Shown here: positions 11,714 to 22,619 of the stretch, piece after piece
Numbering within the stretch: the stretch's first letter is position 1
How the letters are laid out: every line of letters starts with the position of its first letter
NCBI RefSeq assembly: GCF_963921235.1
Contig: NC_086128.1
Span: forward strand, 13,206,001 to 13,270,000
Direction: 5' to 3'
From: Mobula hypostoma
Taxonomy: Eukaryota
Length of the DNA: 64,000 nt
The notes under the pieces: generated by a model
What the model saw: only the letters and a program-made list of their open reading frames with translations
Databases searched by the model: none
What the model was told of the DNA's origin: nothing
Position numbers and translations under genes: made by a program

Positions 11714-13360
11714 TCAACTCTCCTCCGCACGACAGAGGAACCTCATACTCTGTGATGCATTTGGATAACTGACCATTTGAGTGGTGGTATAACTCATGGC
11801 AATTCCAGGAAGTGATTGCGTTACTGCCACTGGTGCAACTGAAATGGCAATTGGTGCCACTGAAACTGGTGAAGCCATCCCTTGGGCATAAGGTGTAGAG
11901 AGAGCAGCACTAAGGTGGGGTGGACTTTGGGACGTAGCTTCAGAACACAAAGCATTGTGAGCTCTCGCTTGCGCTATCAATTCTTGATGAGAAATAGGCT
12001 GTGATCTCAAGGATTGGTTGCTGAGGGTGGTATGAGTCTCCACTATGCTATGATTATAATTGGTAACACTGTGCATAGCTGGTGACTGTGTTGGGTCAGT
12101 TCCTGTGGTCAGGATTCCTAGCTTCACTTGTTTGCGGAGATCAGCATTTTGTTTCAGAAGTACCTCATTTGTAATCATTAGGCTTGATACCTGCTTCTTG
12201 AGCTCTTCATTGCGCTTTCTAAGCATATGGTTTTCCTCCTCCAGGAAACTCCTTTCAACTGGCCGCAGACTGGGTGTACTGTAATCAAATACTTCAAACC
12301 GCAAGCCCTCCATTCTTTTCCTTTTTGGATTTTGGTCATAAGCACATTTCTCAGTCTCATAAAGGTCATCCAAACGGTCATATCTGCAGATCTCAGGGGA
12401 AGCCTCTCTATTTTGCGACACTTTTTCTGTGCTTTTCTTATCATTGTCATCACGTTTCAAGTGCTGAAATTTACACTTGGATCCTCTTCGACATTTGCCT
12501 TTGAGAAAGTCACGGCAGAATGGGACTTCCTTTGTAATAAGGGGCAAATTGGAGGGCGAGAGCCCAAATGTCACAGCCACTGTCTTTTGCAAGTGGGCAG
12601 GAAGCTTACCTGTTTTATTGTAATAATTTTCTTCAGCCTTTGTCCCGTGAATGAACGTGCAGTTTTCACGGGTACACTTACTATTCTGAAAGTACTGACA
12701 AAATATAGACTCATGCCGCATATCACCTACATCATAGGCTTCAACATTGTCTGGGTGAAAGTACCTGCAATTCTTACCACGACTGCAGACATTGCGCAGA
12801 AAATCACGACAAACATTCCGTTTGTTCTTGCTAGCATCATATTTGCTATTATTGACTAAGTTATCAGCATCATCACTTAGGTCAGCATGGTTGGATACCT
12901 CAATATCATCTGGGTGAAAATATCTGCAATTCTTACCACGATTGCAGAGATTGCGCAGAAAGTCTCGGCAAATGTTCAGTTTGTTTTTGCCAGCCTCATC
13001 ATTGCCAACGTTGACTAAATTATCAATGTCATTCCTTATGTCAGCAAGGTCTGAAGCCTCAATGTCATCTGGATGGAAGTACCTGCAATTCTTACCACGG
13101 CTGCAGATATTGCGCAGAAAGTCTCGGCAAATGTTCTGTTTGTTTTTACCAGCTTCATCGTTAGCAATGTTGACTATATTATCAGTGTCATTCCTTATGT
13201 CGGCGAGGTCGGAGGCCTCAATATTGTCGGGGTGGAAGTACCTGCAATTCTTACCACGGGTGCAGACATTGCGCAGAAAGTCTCGGCAAACATTCCGTTT
13301 GCTCTTGCCAGGCTCATATTTGCCGCTGTTGACTAAATTATCAGTGTCGTTCTCCGACAT
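11714..13360 (-). CDS. ZC3H10-like paralogue with expanded N-terminal CCCH zinc fingers (548 aa, 6 CCCH fingers, coiled coil, low-complexity C-terminus)
   Basis: Uninterrupted 548-aa ORF. Four copies of CRDFLRNxCxRGKNCRYFH, then CQYFQNSKCTRENCTFIH and CRDFLKGKCRRGSKCKFQH, FLEEENHMLRKRNEELKKQ coiled coil and YPNASQSMR. Colinear with the ZC3H10 ORF at 34823-36025. Polypyrimidine/CAG acceptor just upstream (exon starts 13408). Confidence 0.9.
   Translation of the reverse strand: MSENDTDNLVNSGKYEPGKSKRNVCRDFLRNVCTRGKNCRYFHPDNIEASDLADIRNDTDNIVNIANDEAGKNKQNICRDFLRNICSRGKNCRYFHPDDIEASDLADIRNDIDNLVNVGNDEAGKNKLNICRDFLRNLCNRGKNCRYFHPDDIEVSNHADLSDDADNLVNNSKYDASKNKRNVCRDFLRNVCSRGKNCRYFHPDNVEAYDVGDMRHESIFCQYFQNSKCTRENCTFIHGTKAEENYYNKTGKLPAHLQKTVAVTFGLSPSNLPLITKEVPFCRDFLKGKCRRGSKCKFQHLKRDDNDKKSTEKVSQNREASPEICRYDRLDDLYETEKCAYDQNPKRKRMEGLRFEVFDYSTPSLRPVERSFLEEENHMLRKRNEELKKQVSSLMITNEVLLKQNADLRKQVKLGILTTGTDPTQSPAMHSVTNYNHSIVETHTTLSNQSLRSQPISHQELIAQARAHNALCSEATSQSPPHLSAALSTPYAQGMASPVSVAPIAISVAPVAVTQSLPGIAMSYTTTQMVSYPNASQSMRFLCRAEES
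12716..13351 (-). repeat. Coding tandem repeat, 4 x 159 bp (53 aa), each unit carrying one C-x7-C-x5-C-x3-H finger
   Basis: TTCTTACCACG recurs at 12771, 12930, 13089 and 13248 (exact 159-bp period). The translated units align residue for residue. Confidence 0.95.
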
Positions 13361-15239
13361 GCTTCCAGATTATTTCTGCGCTAATCAGCCAAGGCTCTCA
13401 ATAAACAACTGTAAAAGAAAAAGAAGCCAGGTCTTTTACAATGAATAAGAGATTAATCTACAAAGTAATTTAGGTTAATCCCTTTCTCACAAAATATTGT
13501 AGATTTATGTACATTGGCAAATCACTAGAAAATACTTACTGGAAGGTATGAGCAGAACATTGAGGTTTACATTAAAATCATAAAGGGATAAGTAGTATTG
13601 TCTGTTTTTTAAAAAACTTTTACAACCACAGATACCATTGCTTTGTGTTTTTCTGAAAAAAAATACTGGCATTGTACATAAGCATGCCTTTGTGAATGTT
13701 AATACTCCAGGTAATACAGTTAGGAAAAATAGAATGCATACTGCAAACGTTTTAATAGAAATTTGTAAATGCAGTGAGATAGAATCAGCACAAGAAATAA
13801 TTACTAGGGAAACAGGTTAAAGAAAGATTAGGGAGGAGGTGCTGATTTAGCTCACCAGAATCCTTCAACCACAATTAAAAGATACCATAAGTATTGGGTA
13901 AATGAATACTGAAAGCCAATCTTTGACTTTTCACAAGGAACTCCAACAAGAATAGTTAACTACTTTGGAATTTTTCTATCTGCAACAGACATGTTTTTTT
14001 AAGCCAGAATTGGTCACTTAAATTCAACCTTAAAAATAGCAACACATATTTTGTTCTGCCATCCATGTGTAAACAATACCAGAGACTGCAAGGTAAATGT
14101 TTGATATCAATTTTATCAGTAAAAGCAATAGGTATGTTTTAGACTGTATATGAATATCTCTAAATACACAAATTAGCATATTACAGACACAATCAAGACA
14201 TGTCGTTGCAATATGCGTAAATAAAGAAATATTATTGAAGTTACAACCATGAATGTGAGGTTAAAATTTTCATTTGTAAAAGCCAATTTTAAAGAAAACA
14301 TATGCTTAATAGTAATGTCAAGATAACTAAAATAGCAATTTTGAATGGATTTTAAAACAGACTATAGAAATAACAAAATTCCATCAACATATATTGTCAA
14401 CTTCATTGCAAACTATGTAATTCTCAGGAATTAAAGCTGTGAGTTCTAATGTGGTAATGCACATTCCTTTGGCATTGTAATGTTGACTCGCATTTATTGC
14501 CTCCTTTAGCACCATTTTACATTATTGCCTCTGATCTCAAACAATACCTAACCTCTCTCTATGATTCCCAAGAAATTTCATCATTTTGAGTTCAAGTCCT
14601 TACCCCTTTTAAATCTTTAGGAAAATAACGTGTATCAAACAACTTCCAAGTATTGATCTCGTATTCCAAAACTAGCAGTTGGTTCTTTCTGCACTATTCT
14701 AAATGATGCAAAAGCTAGCTATTTAAGAGAATTGACACTCATTTACTTTTACTGAATAAACACCAAAATTTAGATTGATATAATCATCACTCTTCTAAGC
14801 AAAATCTCCTGCCTCTCCATGAGTCCCAGAGTCTTTCGATATCTTCCTTGAAATAAAGAAAAACTTATGCTATTGCTTATTTTAATTAATTCTTTCTCAG
14901 GGTCTCAAAAATTGAAGAATTTGTTACCTCACTTTCTCTGATTGAATTATCATTTCCTAGCTTTGCCGATCTTTTGATCTCCTAATTTATTTTAGTCATC
15001 CTCCAGAAAAGGACTTATTATTCAAGTTTTTCTATTATAGTTTAGAAAATTCAAATTTAAGGTGTAGGAGGTCAGCATTCAGTCCACTGTGCCCTCACTA
15101 ACAAAAGGAGGACATTGGGTTAATCCTAGTTCCCAATATTTGGTCGAATTTGGTCGCGAGTCTTACTCATCAAGTGCTCATCCAGATACAATTTAAATGT
15201 GGGGAAGGTTTCTACCTCCATTACCCTTAAGATATAGTA

Positions 15240-16440
15240 TGGTTGAATTTTCAAAACATGTTTGACGAGGTGCCATACAAAATCAGATAAGACCTTATGG
15301 CATTAGAGGTAATTTACTAGCATGGATAGAAGATTGGCTAATGAACAGGAAGCATCAAGTAGGGACCATTTTTCAGCTGGCAATCTTGAACAATTGGAGT
15401 GATATAGAACACAGTTGTTATTGATTAACAGTAGTTCAGAAACAGGCTCCTCAGCCTACCATATCCATGTTGAAAAGTACACCCACCGTAAGTAAATTTG
15501 TAAATGATAAGCAACGTGGAAAGATGAGCTGTGAGGAAGATGCAGTTAATTTACTAAGAGGTATTGATACAAAGAATAGGCAAAAGGAAGTACAATATGA
15601 GGAAGGTGCAAATTGTTCACTTTGTAAGGAAGAATAATTAAACAGATTATTCAAATGGAGAAAGCCTGAAGAAAGCTTAGAGAACGAAGGATTTTTGAAC
15701 ATGAAACACGGAAGATTAGTGTATAGGACAGCAGGTAAAAGGGAAGGTTAATGGAATCAACACACACAAAATGCTGGAGGAACTCAGCAGGCGAGGCAGC
15801 ATCCATGGAAGTGGATAAGCAGTTGGTGTTTCGGGCCAAGACCCTTCTTCAGGATAGTTCATTCCCTTCATAATGGAATGCTAGTTTTTAATTCAGAGGC
15901 TTTAAGTATAACAGTAGAGAAATCTGACTACAATTGTACAAAGGCATCAGTGAGACCACATCTAGATTCGTGTACAGTTGGTCCCTTGACTTAAGGAATG
16001 GTACATCATTGGAGGAAGTTCAGAGGCTTCAACAAAGTGATCCTGGAAGTAGAGGGACTGTTTTATGGGGAAAAGAGTGAATAGATTGGGCCCACTCATT
16101 GGAGTTCAGAAGCATGAAAGCCAAACTTATTGAAATATCTAAGGTTCTTAGGAGACTTGAAATGATTTCCTGTTTATGAGTGTTGATGAAATTTGTTTTC
16201 AGATAAAAGGTGTGTCTATTTAAGACTGTGATGAAAAATCTCTCCAAGGGTTGCAAACTATTAAAATTCCTTATCCCAGAAAGCTGTGAAGGTTATATTG
16301 TTGAATATATTAAAAGACTAAGACAATTTAAAAAAAAAATCAGTCAGGGAATCTAGGGCTAGGGAGAAGTGGGCTTGACAGAAGTGGGATCAGCCATATT
16401 ATTGAAGTAGGTGAATGATCTACTCCTATTTCTAATGGCC
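15240..16440 (+). mobile_element. Old CR1 LINE fragment interrupted by a short Penelope-derived insertion (~15760-15856)
   Basis: Degenerate similarity to the CR1 copy at 2450-4280; the inserted piece matches the PLE 3'/hammerhead segment. Confidence 0.65.
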
Positions 16441-17244
16441 TTTCATGCATTGAATTCTAGACCATCACCACTCATTTAATGATTAATGAAACAAATATTC
16501 CTCAAACCTTTCTATTATCTTAAAGCCATTCTCCTGTTATTGGTCTCTCCAAGAGAAACACATCCTTCTAGTGTTTACTCTCTCTATGCCTCTCATGAGT
16601 TTAATAGATCTAAGTACTGAGCCCTATGGAGTCTGATTCTGTCAGTATATACTTTCTTGATCAACCTGCTAATTGACATTAATCTAACACCTTTCCAAAA
16701 TTCATTTATATTACATCAAATGCCCTTCAAGCATCTCTGCAAAAGTTTAATTAAGTGTGTCTGATTTACGCAAATTTCCAACAACAATCCATGCTATCAA
16801 AATGACTGGCCTGTGGATATTCATCTATCTCATTCCCCCTTTTTTTCCAAAATAGTACCACATGTGTAACTTTCCAGTCCTCTGTCACCACATTCGCAGA
16901 CAAAGAACAAAAGAAAATTATAGCCAAAGCTTGCACTATATCCTCTCCTGCTTCTTTTGAGAGCTTGGAATACATTTTATCTAGGCCAAAGCAATTTATC
17001 AATTTAAAAAAAAAGATGCCAGGTCTCTTTAATGCATCCTCATGTCACTTCACAATGCCAATACATATAATCATACCCCACTTCTTTAAAGACAAATACA
17101 AAATTTTCTTATAGAACTTTACACATCCCCTGGCTTCACACTCAGGCTGTTATTTGGTCTCTAATGCGACCTACTCCTTCTTTTTACCTTGAACTAGTTC
17201 TAATTTGTACTCAGGAGGAGGAGTCTGATTACATATCTAAGAGG

Positions 17245-17979
17245 CAAACAACAGGAATTCTGCAGATGCTGGAAATTCAAGCAACACACATCAAAGTTGC
17301 TGGTGAACGCAGCAGGCCAAGCAGCATCTATAGGAAGAGGTACAGTCGACGTTTCAGGCCGAGACCCTTCGTCAGGACTAACTGAAGGAAGAGTTAGTAA
17401 GAGATTTGAAAGTTGGAGGGGGAGGGGGAGATGCAAAATGATAGGAGAAGACAGGAGGGGGAGGGATGGAGCCGAGAGCTGGACAGGTGATTGGCAAAAG
17501 GGGATACGAGAGGATCATGGGACAGGAGGTCCGGGAAGAAAGACAGGCGGGGGGGGTGACCCAGAGGATGGGCAAGAGGTATATTCAGAGGGACAGAGGG
17601 AGAAAAAGGAGAGTGAGAGAAAGAATGTGTGCATAAAAATGAGTAACAGATGGGGTACGAGGGGGAGGTGGGGCCTAGTGGAAGTTAGAGAAGTCAATGT
17701 TCATGCCATCAGGTTGGAGGCTACCCAGACGGAATATAAGGTGTTGTTCCTCCAACCTGAGTGTGGCTTCATCTTTACAGTAGAGGAGGCCGTGGATAGA
17801 CATGTCAGAATGGGAATGGGATGTGGAATTAAAATGTGTGGCCACTGGGAGATCCTGCTTTCTCTGGCGGACAGAGCGTAGATGTTCAGCAAAGCGGTCT
17901 CCCAGTCTGCGTCGGGTCTCACCAATATATAAAAGGCCACATCGGGAGCACCGGACGCAGTATATCACCCCAGTCGACT
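17245..17979 (-). mobile_element. Young 5'-truncated Penelope-like element (GIY-YIG C-terminus, 3' end, intact hammerhead)
   Basis: ORF IYCVRCSRCGLLYIGETRRRLGDRFAEHLRSV...LQPDGMNIDF. 11-bp TSD TATCTAAGAGG (17234-17244, 17980-17990). Confidence 0.9.
17343..17380 (-). ncRNA. Minimal type I hammerhead ribozyme motif (PLE-borne)
   Basis: Minus strand reads UAGUC-CUGACGA-A-GGGUCUCGGCCU-GAAA-CGUC-GACUG: catalytic cores, stem II, palindromic ACGU stem III, GUC site and stem I. Confidence 0.75.
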
Positions 17980-18184
17980 TATCTAAGAGGAATATGCTGC
18001 TCTACTTCCAACTGTCAGAGGTTTGTTACCACCAGTACCAAAAAACAGAATCTGAATTAAGTTCAATAAAATATATAAAAGTTATTGATCTATTTTCTCA
18101 AAGCAGAATACCAAAACGTGACAATTGTCAGAAAAAAATGGTTTCAAATATCATTCAGCAACCTTACAAGAGCAGTATACTTAC

Positions 18185-18352
18185 TTGTTGAATGGTTTTG
18201 CCACAATAACTGGCAAATTGGATCATGCGATTTTAAGTTGCGTTGAGCCCTGAGTTCTGAACTTTCAGTACTTTGGTAAATAATCCTAATCAATTTCTGC
18301 TCCAATTTGTGATGCTGAACTCACGCCAGGCAGGGGAGGATCATTTTCTCAC
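18185..18352 (-). other. Candidate 5'UTR exon of the ZC3H10-like paralogue
   Basis: TATTTCTCAG acceptor and GTAAGT donor bracket 168 nt between the CpG region and the CDS exon. Based on splice signals only. Confidence 0.3.
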
Positions 18353-19699
18353 CTGAGAAATATAGATAAGAGCAGAACTTGGTACTATTGTGCTTTCTTG
18401 TTACTGGCTTTTAAAAGTAGCAATACAACCTAGTCAAAATCATACAGAAATTTCTCCTCTTCCCACCCTCATTCCTGCCAAAAACTCAAGCAATACTGTG
18501 CAACAAACAACAATGCAGAATAGCACAGTGTCAGGATCTTCCCACAGTATGCATTTTACTAACTGATCTCAACTACCTGTATGTCAGGAAGAGAAGAACA
18601 AAAACAGTCTTTGACTATTAATATCTTTAGAATGGTAGGATTCCAGTTCAAACAGGATTAAAGAATACCCTTTCAGTACCTTCCAGTTGGACAAGGTCAC
18701 TCTAGAGATCCTGGGGTACATTTAATCCATCAACAAACATTCATAACTAAACTAATATCTTCAGTGGAGCTACCAAATTCATCAGATGAACGATAGCCAC
18801 ATTCCTAATGATATTCTGATGGTGAAATGGCTTCAGGGGTCACAGTCAGCTGGATGCCCATATTTCCAATAAACAAAGACAACTGTAAGTATGATTGAAG
18901 AAGGTGTGTTCTGGCAATTAACAAATAGTCATGAACAGTCATAATCTCTAGAGTTTGACTGTTCAGGAGGGCATTGAAGGAAAAAAACAAATTTCAACTA
19001 ACAGAAGTCAGAGAAAGCAGAAATAAGCAAATTTTCACTTCCTTAGCCCATGGCATTCATCTGCAGCAAGCGTGACAGAGATATTCAGGCGAAAGAGGAA
19101 TTCTAGGCCACACCAAGCAACGTCCAATGAGTGACTGACTATCAAAGAACAAATCATCACCCTATAGATTAGAAGGCTGCTATCCAGATGGACACTGGGT
19201 AACTGTAACTGTGGACCCCTACAGCAGTCAAAATTTACAGTTGGATCAAACTCCTAATTGGCTGGTGCAACCTCTAGACTACATCTCACATATCATTAGC
19301 TCTAGGAGGGTTAAGGAGACAAAACTGGGCAGGACAGAAAGGGAGGAAGACTGGAATTTTAAAAGTACGGTATTTACATCATAAATTGGTTGCAATGTTG
19401 CAATATTCAAAGTTGATTGCAAAATAAAAATTCCATAATTCCCTCACAAAATAGCAAAGAGAAAGGAAAATCTGATAATTTGGCCTCCCACATACCTGTA
19501 AATGGCCAAGTGCACCTCGCTGATTATTCCTTTTGAATGACAAAAGATGCAATGACCTAAGGAGGAAAATGTTAAATAACATAATGGCAACAGTAATTTG
19601 GAAATAAAATATTTTAAAATGCAGTCAGTATTATTTTTATAAGTCAACTAGTTAACACACTTATTTTAAAATCACACGCACACTCTTGAAATCAATTGA

Positions 19700-21000
19700 T
19701 TTAGTAGTTGAAAGTAACCCGGTTGAGTATTGTACGACATGGCTTCAGCTTCAATCTCCAGGATAACAACGCATCCTAGATCAAACCGAACTGCGATTAT
19801 CTCTTTTCCCAGACTCAGCGGCCTTTCGATACCCCCAGAACGGGCACAAAATGCTGCACACTTGGTTGAAGCTGGGCCACACCGTTGGTCCGTAATATCA
19901 AAAGAAAATCGCTTTCTGAGGCAATTAGTTTAAAATTTGAGATTTAAAATCAAGGACTTTAAAATCCCGTAGGAGCATCACGATTGAAAAAACTATAAAT
20001 TCAGCTTGGACGCTCTTTTATGGTTCATTCATTTTGACATTGTGTATTTTCTTTTTGTGTATCCGGAATACACAATTCTATTCCTTCAAGACGGCCATAA
20101 GTTTTAATCTAACCACTAGATGTGACTTTCTCCACAAACAATTTTTGTTCCTCGGCCTACCGCCATGAGGAGACTCGTCGAAAACGGGCTATTGACAGTT
20201 TTGGTGGCGTCGCGGCGGAAAGTTCTCGAACTTGCTGCGAGGCTTCGACTGCGTTCCTAGGCCTCAAGTGTTTTACACAAATTGATAAAATTCCAGCACG
20301 CAAAGGAAAGCAAAACCGTTATTTGATTTCTAAAGACGTAAATAAATAATCTCACTTTGCCAGTACTGGGAATAAACTCGATAAATAAGAAACGGAAGGC
20401 AAGAAACACATTTACTTACACTATTTAGCCTTTCACCCCTCACTTGGTCCTCCAAGCACAACCAGCTTCGATTCAGGTCCTCCGAGGCAAGAGCAACCGT
20501 AGAAGACGCTGTTTGGAGCGACTCTACGAGCATCTGTCGATGAACGGCAATCTGTTCAGCTGTTGACGACGAGTGTGTAGTTCGGGACTGTTTTCTAACA
20601 CAATATTTTTAGATGTTTAATTTCAAAATTTATATTTAGGCTATTCGGTTTACACAACTTTTAATTTGAAATACTGCATCTCATTGCGAATTTGATCAAA
20701 GAAATTAAGCGTTCGAACCTGTTATTTGGCTCTAATTCGCTCTTGCCTAAGAGGACCTGTTCGGTGCTCGTTGTGTTTGGAGGAGCGAGTAAGGGAGCCG
20801 AACCATGTATGTAAATAAGCCCCAATTTTCTATCAATTTTATAATAGTTCCAATCCGTTCTTTTAATTATGCCAAGAGTTTAAATATTCTTAGTCAACAT
20901 TTAGTTCTGTTAATACATGGATTTGTTCCATGCAACGGAACGTTGAGGCCTACAAATCCCGTAACAGCCTTCGAAGTTTGTTACTGTATATCGCATGATT
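19700..21000. promoter_or_regulatory. CpG-enriched putative bidirectional promoter between the divergent ZC3H10 paralogues
   Basis: Visible CpG enrichment against CpG-poor flanks, no recognisable repeats, ETS-like CGGAA and CGCCAT motifs. Candidate donors point outward: minus GTAAGT at 20419-20414 and plus GTAAGG near 20789. Confidence 0.6.
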
Positions 21001-22329
21001 TACAGTAATAGACATTGTTTTGACATTCTTGGATTGTTTTTGGTTCTATGTCTATTATTAAGAAGTGGATTTAGACTTTGTTTCCGTGCAAAATGCTTTA
21101 ATTTTCTTTTTGTTAGTACTTTAGTTTATATTTGTATAAAACCTTTTTAATGTAACAAAGTATCTGAATAAACTTGATAGATAGGGAACTAGTCTCTCAG
21201 GAAGAATTGTGTGGGTGACTGAAGATGTGATTGAAACAAAGTATTTATAGTTGATTGTACCAGTAGGATCAGTAGGCCGTGGGAAAGTTGTTTGAAGCTT
21301 AAGTATGTCAGGGTTAACAATTCTGATGTTATTTGGATAGATGTTATCATTTATTTCATACAGTTGAGTTGAACCAATCCATATAAAGTATTCTCTCAGT
21401 TACATAAAGTAAATCATATTCTTCTGCATTACATTGATAGAATCTGTCTAAGGCAGATTAGGTATCCATAGTAAAAGAGATGGATCCTTAATTTGTGTCC
21501 TGAAGTTAATAATGGAATACAATAATATCATGCTGCATATTTGTAAAGTGTTTTTGAAACTTTTGTTTTACCTTACCCTCATAGTACCATAGAACAGTGC
21601 AGCACAGGAAGATAGAATGCAGTTTATTCTCCCTTTGCCATCCCTCCAAAAATGAGCTTCTTGTTTGTTTTAATCTGTTTTTTTTCATGTTTATCGGCCT
21701 GTGGATAGTAGCATTGCAAGTGCACCTCCAGGTGCATTTTAAATGTAAAGAAATCTGTCTCTTCCACCCTTTCAGGCAGTAAGTTTTAGACTGTCAGCAA
21801 TCTTTGATTTCAGAAGAATCCTTTCAGCATTACCTTGAATGTTTCTCTCTCCCTGGTTACTGTTCTTGCTGATGGGGAAATTCATGTTTTCTTATCTGGG
21901 CCTTGCACGTTATACATTTTGATTCTACCTCTTCCTGGCTTCATCTATTCTAAAGAAAATAACCCCATTTTTGACAATCTTTCTTCATAACTATCCTTGT
22001 ATGGGACCCAATTCTTAAAGCAATGGATTATTTGGATATACTGTGTTCCATGGCTGGAACCTTTTAATGTCCTACCAAAAGTGACATTCTTCATCAGTGA
22101 ATTGACCTTAGAATGTCAGTAAGGTTTTTGTCTTTGAACCATATTGAAGCTGCATCTGCAAATTTCTAGCAGCTTAAAAGAGTAATATTCAAGGGTAGGA
22201 ACTTAGTCACACAATTCCTCCATTCTGGAAGTGGTGCTATCTATTATAGTATAAGGATTGAAACTGGGACATTATTGTCTGTGTGTTGTATCTACTTTAT
22301 TTAATTTTTTAATTTTACTTATTTAGATG

Positions 22330-22590
22330 TACAGCACAGAATAGGCCTTTTGAGTTGCACTGTCCCACCACCCACCAACAATGCCAATTTAACCCCATAC
22401 TAATTGTGGGACAATTTACAATGACCAATTAATCTACCTGGTATGTTTATGGACTAAGGGAAGACATGGGAGGACCCAGAGGAAATCCACACATTCCACA
22501 GGGAGGATGTAAAGAGGACGCTGGAATTGAACTCCGAAGCCCTGAGCTGTAATAGCGATGCACTAACTGCTACACTACTGTGGCACAAGT
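22330..22590 (-). mobile_element. tRNA-derived V-SINE-like element (degenerate)
   Basis: Reverse-complement similarity to the SINE at 47833-48095 (ACAATTTACAATGACCAATTAA; terminal GCTACACTAC). Confidence 0.6.
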
Positions 22591-22619
22591 AGTGAAAGAT
22601 ATTTTCCTCTAGATCTAGG

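Noticed and set aside
12227-13448. Plus-strand ORFs of 210 and 168 aa
   Set aside because: Antisense shadows of the ZC3H10-like CDS and its repeat; no independent protein features.
17297-17881. 194-aa plus-strand ORF (also 23441-23974 and 62841-63290)
   Set aside because: Chance frames through Penelope-derived sequence.
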